The position numbers were made by a program, and so were the translations under genes. This document shows, in pieces, positions 61,001 through 64,000 of a stretch of 64,000 nucleotides of DNA (its first letter is position 1; every line of letters starts with the position of its first letter). Origin of the DNA: Terriglobia bacterium (lineage in GTDB: Bacteria > Acidobacteriota > Terriglobia > 20CM-2-55-15). The notes under the pieces are model-generated. The model did not search any database and was not told the DNA's origin. It saw only the letters and a list, made by a program, of their open reading frames with translations. Where the stretch lies: positions 608,001 through 672,000 of the forward strand of contig CAXWPJ010000002.1 of assembly GCA_963664115.2 (NCBI GenBank). The letters run 5' to 3'.

Positions 61001-64000
61001 TTCGACGGCAACGAACGAATCGGTGCGAGCGTGGACAACGCGTTGTTGTCGATCGGGGGCAGCGACGGCAAGTTCGTATACGCCAACGGAAACCTGTCGT
61101 TCGAGAAGGGCCCAACCAGCATTGTGACGGTTGCAACCGGTATACCGGCGAATATCGTTGGAACCGCGACCGAAACGGCCTTGAGAGCGCAGTTTGGTGT
61201 GGCGACCCTCGTAAGTAGCAACGTCACGCTGTCGAACGATCTGCAGACCATCAATAACGTGCAGGTTTCAGGCCTTCAGATTGGCGGCAGCAACATTCAG
61301 ATTTTCGCCGGAGTGAACGGGCCGTATTGGACAGATACGGACAAGGACGGCAACGTCGATCCTGGTGAAACCAGCGACAGCGCGACGGGCGTGTCGATCA
61401 CCAACGTGGACTTCGGGTTGGTGACGATGACGCCGACCGTCGAGTTGCCGCTGTTGAGTGACCAGACGTTTACGGCGTTGAAGTTGACCGGTTCCCAGGT
61501 GGGACTGGTCGGTGTCCCGTTTGTGCAGCTGTCGGCCGACAACGTTCTGGTGGAAGTGAACACGGGGCCGACCTGGACGGCGGCTGGTATCAATGGTGAC
61601 GGGCCGGCGGTGATCGATTTTGCCACCAGCTTCCCGGCGGCGGGCGGCTCCCCGGCCGGTTTCGAGGTGCGCACCGGCACAACATCGGCACCGATCTATA
61701 TCGCTTATGACGGCAACGAGCGGATCGGTGTAAGCGTGGACAACGCGTTGTTGTCGATCGGGGATAGCAGTGGCAAGTTCGTCTATGTGAACGGCGACTT
61801 CTCGTTCGAAAAGGGCCCGACCAGTATCGTGAGTGTCGCGACCGGTCTTTCCAGCGACCAGCTGCCAGGCGTTCCGGCCCTCATAAAAGCGCAATTCTTG
61901 GCCGAGGCGTTCCTGAATCAAACCAACGCGACCTTGTCGGCCGACCTGCAGACGATCAGCAACGTTCAGATGTCGAGTCTGCAGATTGGTGGCAGCAACA
62001 TTCAGGTCTTCGTGGGCTTGGGCGGACCGTACTGGACGGACCTGGATCGCAATGATGATGTCAGTTGGGCATTGCCCGATGGAACCACCCGGACCAACGC
62101 CAACGGCACGCCGATGGCGAATTTTGTCCACACTGATGGCGTCACCTACGGTGACCTCAACGGCGACGGTGTGGTGGATGCGAACGAAACGGCCGAGCTG
62201 AGCGAAAACGCGACCGGATTCGCAATCACCAACGTCAATTTTGGTCTTGTCATGTTGACGCCGACCCAGGAACTGCCGATGCTGGGCAGCCAGACCTTCA
62301 CGGCTCTGAAGCTGACCGCCACCCAGGTCGGTCTGGTGGGCATCGATGAAGTTCAGATCAGCGCGAATGACATCACCGTCAGCGTGAACGTCGGGCCAGA
62401 TTGGACAGGTCTGGCTAGCGGGCAGGGACCGGCGGTCGTTGATTTCGTCAACAGTTACCCGGCTGAAGCCAGCAACACCGACAGCGACAACGATGGACTG
62501 TTGGGCGAGCCGGCCGGCTTCCAGGTGCGTACCGGCACTACATCGGCGCCGATCTATATCGATTTCGACGGCAACGAGCGAATCGGCGCCAGGATCGAAA
62601 AAGTCACGCTGAAGATCTCCGAAGTTGTCCATGCGACCGGCAGCATCGAGTTCCTCAAAGGCCCCGTGCAGAGGGTCGGTCTGACCGGCGGGGGCGATAA
62701 GCAGCTGTCGTTCATGACCATTGGCGGGTCCAACCTCCACGCGTTCATTGGCATGGACGGTCCGTACTGGACGGACCTGGACGCCGATGACGACATCAGC
62801 TGGGCCTTGCCGGATGGGACCACCCGGACCAACGCCAATGGCACGGCGATGGCGGATTTCATCCACACTGATGGCGTCACCTACGGTGACCTCAACGGCG
62901 ACGGCAAAGTCGATGCCAATGAGACGGCTGAGCTGAGCACGGAAGCTGTGGGGCTGGTCATCAACGACTTCGATTTCGGCCTGGCAATTATGTCGCCGAC
63001 GAGCCCATTCGACTTCGTCGACTACTTCGCCCTCAAGGCCAGTGCCGATCAGATCGCTCTGGTGGGTATCGACGACGTGACGATCTCGGGCGAGGACATC
63101 AAGGTCGCAGTCAACCATTCCAGCCCCAGTCTCAAAGGCATACCGATCTTCCCGGTCGTCGATTTCAGCAACACAACTGTCCGGCCGGAGTTCGCCAACG
63201 AGGAGTTGGCGCTGTTCGACCAGAATATCAGCGGACGAATCACGCTTGGCGACCTGGCGACCCTGAATGCAGCACTTCCTGCCGCATCCAGATTCGCCGA
63301 CCTCGCGGGAGTCTCCCTGACCGATGCCACACCGGTCGATCACGAAGGCTTGCTCGCCATCCTGAACACGAACGACGCCGGAGACAGTCGGGGCATCATC
63401 GACATCGACGAAGCCGCGGCGTTGCTCGGCGGTGCGACGGCGGTTTCGCAGGTCGAGAATGCGGACATCGACCTCGATGGCAAGATCGATCCGCTCGGTT
63501 TCGAGATTGGCACCGGCGGCGATCCGGTGTACCTGGACATGAATTCGGTCCTGATACGCGCGCAGGGATTTGTCGACATCAAGATTCTTGATGTCGTATT
63601 CCTGTCCGGCAGTGTCGCCTTTGAACTCGGGCCCATCCACACGGTGACCCTGGCCGACGGCGTGACCACCAAGAGCGTCAGCACGATGACCATCGGCGCG
63701 GCCAACGTGACCGGATTCATCGGTGTAGACGGGCCGTACTGGACCGATCTGGACGGCGATCACGAGGTTTCCTGGTCGGATGCGAACGGCGACCCGTTGG
63801 TCGATACGGATGGTGACGGTGTCGTCGATGCGAACGAGACCTCTGAGCTGAACGGCGATGCAGTCGGCTTCCACGTGACCGATCTCGATATCGGTATCAC
63901 CCTGATGGCCGCGACTGCGCTTAATGATCTGGGCGTATACCTCGCCGCCAAGCTCGACGTGAACAGCTTCGGCCTGATCGGAATCCCCGGGCTTACGGCG
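58076..64000 (+). CDS. Giant LEPR-XLL-motif acidic repeat protein, probable secreted adhesin/surface protein (partial, >=1975 aa)
   Basis: TTG 58076 (first start after in-frame TAA 58025) reads MSRKQDKERYNLENLEPRILLSGDP...; frame still in register at the window end (..NSFGLIGIPGLTA); six GPYWTD-anchored repeats with DxDxDG loops. Confidence 0.92.
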   Translation, partial: MSRKQDKERYNLENLEPRILLSGDPLVGALASLAPREADSEEPILTSVQEVTVSEETLYESHTTDSEPYDPAASVDDIFSGMTGEDSLADGADDASDSSDSSDVNFPIGDDEAAQIVQGLDELAGVGEVISESETLTTPLDGLGDLSLGDVFGVGEILDSRLAKSVYDHFGDAVDPPTVEGVIEAIRNGLTALGEQEISVSSLEGIVVSGGEQIRFDIAFTLRQSGQIFLDQDLTDSDGAESTTYTATLKVDLSFGVDQGQSDSFFLIIRSLEIELTVNQPGTGASESGRVEVGFAGAAGADGALSVAELEAIQSSGAELEIEATGSLFDDGSADFASLAATSALTTSGAATSFVTLDESPAASSAVTTNLADLTLGPNSITTFNIGGTTPGSGYDQTIVSGDVTLDGELAIVVAAGFGPSLGDTFDIVTFTGSVSGAFVDGTGIYGFGDGSLFLEVVVEDSTAESDGKVQLEAKTAPGGNFITSSTPLLSDVLGLYYSEYFTLGASVAISGEINIGGYVTLAGTFEFGFSLDETVTLGTGLPTTLTPELVTTVGAQIELALATIPGTQILSPDLQSITGLPVAVLEIGGSNIHAFVGVNGPYWTDLNGNGDVDTGETNESATGLAITNVDFGYVAMQLLPSVVALPLNAQFFQALKATASQVGLVGVPNVELSVDNVLIEVNSGPTWTALGVSGDGPAVVDFEASFLAQTGTDTDGDSKHVEPAGYEVGTGTVPVYIDLDGNERLGASVDNALLSIGGSDGKFVYANGNLSFEKGPTSIVTVATGIPANINGTPAGDTIETNFATRTGLSGSSATLSGDMQTISNVQMASLQIGGSAIQIFVGVNGPYWTDSDKDGNVDPGETSDNATGVSITNVNFGLVTMTPTQELPLLSSQTFTALKLTGSQVGLVGVPGVELSADNVLVEVNTGPTWTATGINGDGPAVVDFAASFPAANGSPAGFEVRTGTTSTPVYIDFDGNERIGASVDNALLSIGGSDGKFVYANGNLSFEKGPTSIVTVATGIPANIVGTATETALRAQFGVATLVSSNVTLSNDLQTINNVQVSGLQIGGSNIQIFAGVNGPYWTDTDKDGNVDPGETSDSATGVSITNVDFGLVTMTPTVELPLLSDQTFTALKLTGSQVGLVGVPFVQLSADNVLVEVNTGPTWTAAGINGDGPAVIDFATSFPAAGGSPAGFEVRTGTTSAPIYIAYDGNERIGVSVDNALLSIGDSSGKFVYVNGDFSFEKGPTSIVSVATGLSSDQLPGVPALIKAQFLAEAFLNQTNATLSADLQTISNVQMSSLQIGGSNIQVFVGLGGPYWTDLDRNDDVSWALPDGTTRTNANGTPMANFVHTDGVTYGDLNGDGVVDANETAELSENATGFAITNVNFGLVMLTPTQELPMLGSQTFTALKLTATQVGLVGIDEVQISANDITVSVNVGPDWTGLASGQGPAVVDFVNSYPAEASNTDSDNDGLLGEPAGFQVRTGTTSAPIYIDFDGNERIGARIEKVTLKISEVVHATGSIEFLKGPVQRVGLTGGGDKQLSFMTIGGSNLHAFIGMDGPYWTDLDADDDISWALPDGTTRTNANGTAMADFIHTDGVTYGDLNGDGKVDANETAELSTEAVGLVINDFDFGLAIMSPTSPFDFVDYFALKASADQIALVGIDDVTISGEDIKVAVNHSSPSLKGIPIFPVVDFSNTTVRPEFANEELALFDQNISGRITLGDLATLNAALPAASRFADLAGVSLTDATPVDHEGLLAILNTNDAGDSRGIIDIDEAAALLGGATAVSQVENADIDLDGKIDPLGFEIGTGGDPVYLDMNSVLIRAQGFVDIKILDVVFLSGSVAFELGPIHTVTLADGVTTKSVSTMTIGAANVTGFIGVDGPYWTDLDGDHEVSWSDANGDPLVDTDGDGVVDANETSELNGDAVGFHVTDLDIGITLMAATALNDLGVYLAAKLDVNSFGLIGIPGLTA
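59876..64000 (+). repeat. Intragenic tandem repeats of ~235-325 codons
   Basis: GPYWTD codons start at 59876, 60614, 61319, 62024, 62759, 63731 (spacings 738, 705, 705, 735, 972 bp). Confidence 0.9.

Noticed and set aside
59876-62700. Diversity-generating retroelement template/variable repeats
   Set aside because: Differences between copies are mainly third-codon and not adenine-specific; no reverse transcriptase in the window
61268-63874. 868-aa minus-strand ORF
   Set aside because: Antisense shadow of the giant + strand gene; synonymous variation between repeats preserves the + frame protein
58076-64000. RTX toxin / classical type I substrate
   Set aside because: No GGxGxDxL nonapeptide runs seen in the visible part; they could still occur beyond 64000

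Overview
Moderately GC-rich bacterial chromosomal DNA, most consistent with an Acidobacteriota genome (inference from the tandem Acidobacterial-type VWA proteins, DUF6152-type secreted proteins, Oar-like outer-membrane barrel and murC-ftsQ-ftsA-ftsZ layout). 1-35.4 kb is mostly housekeeping: end of the dcw cluster (mraY end, murD, ftsW, murG, murC, ftsQ, ftsA, ftsZ), nfeD/stomatin, lnt, prfB with its programmed +1 frameshift, recG, rsmD, coaD, mutY, kdsB-pyrG-kdsA-kdsC. Intergenic spaces carry several REP/MITE-like palindromes and a 3x118-bp tandem repeat. 35.4-45.2 kb is accessory periplasmic/catabolic genes preceded by an IS6 remnant. At 45.4 kb a tRNA-Gly(CCC) is followed by a decayed tyrosine integrase. 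After that comes the most interesting locus, a co-directional cluster: TonB-dependent receptor, TolC, HlyD adaptor, GAF-HlyD, PqqD/RRE-like + M50 peptidase + HlyD fusion, C-terminally truncated SecA-type ATPase, and a giant (>1975 aa, runs off the window, absent from the ORF track) acidic repeat protein with an N-terminal LEPRILLS motif. This looks like an ABC-transporter-less, SecA-powered type-I-like secretion system with its likely cargo. All family assignments are from motif recognition by eye; no searches were run.
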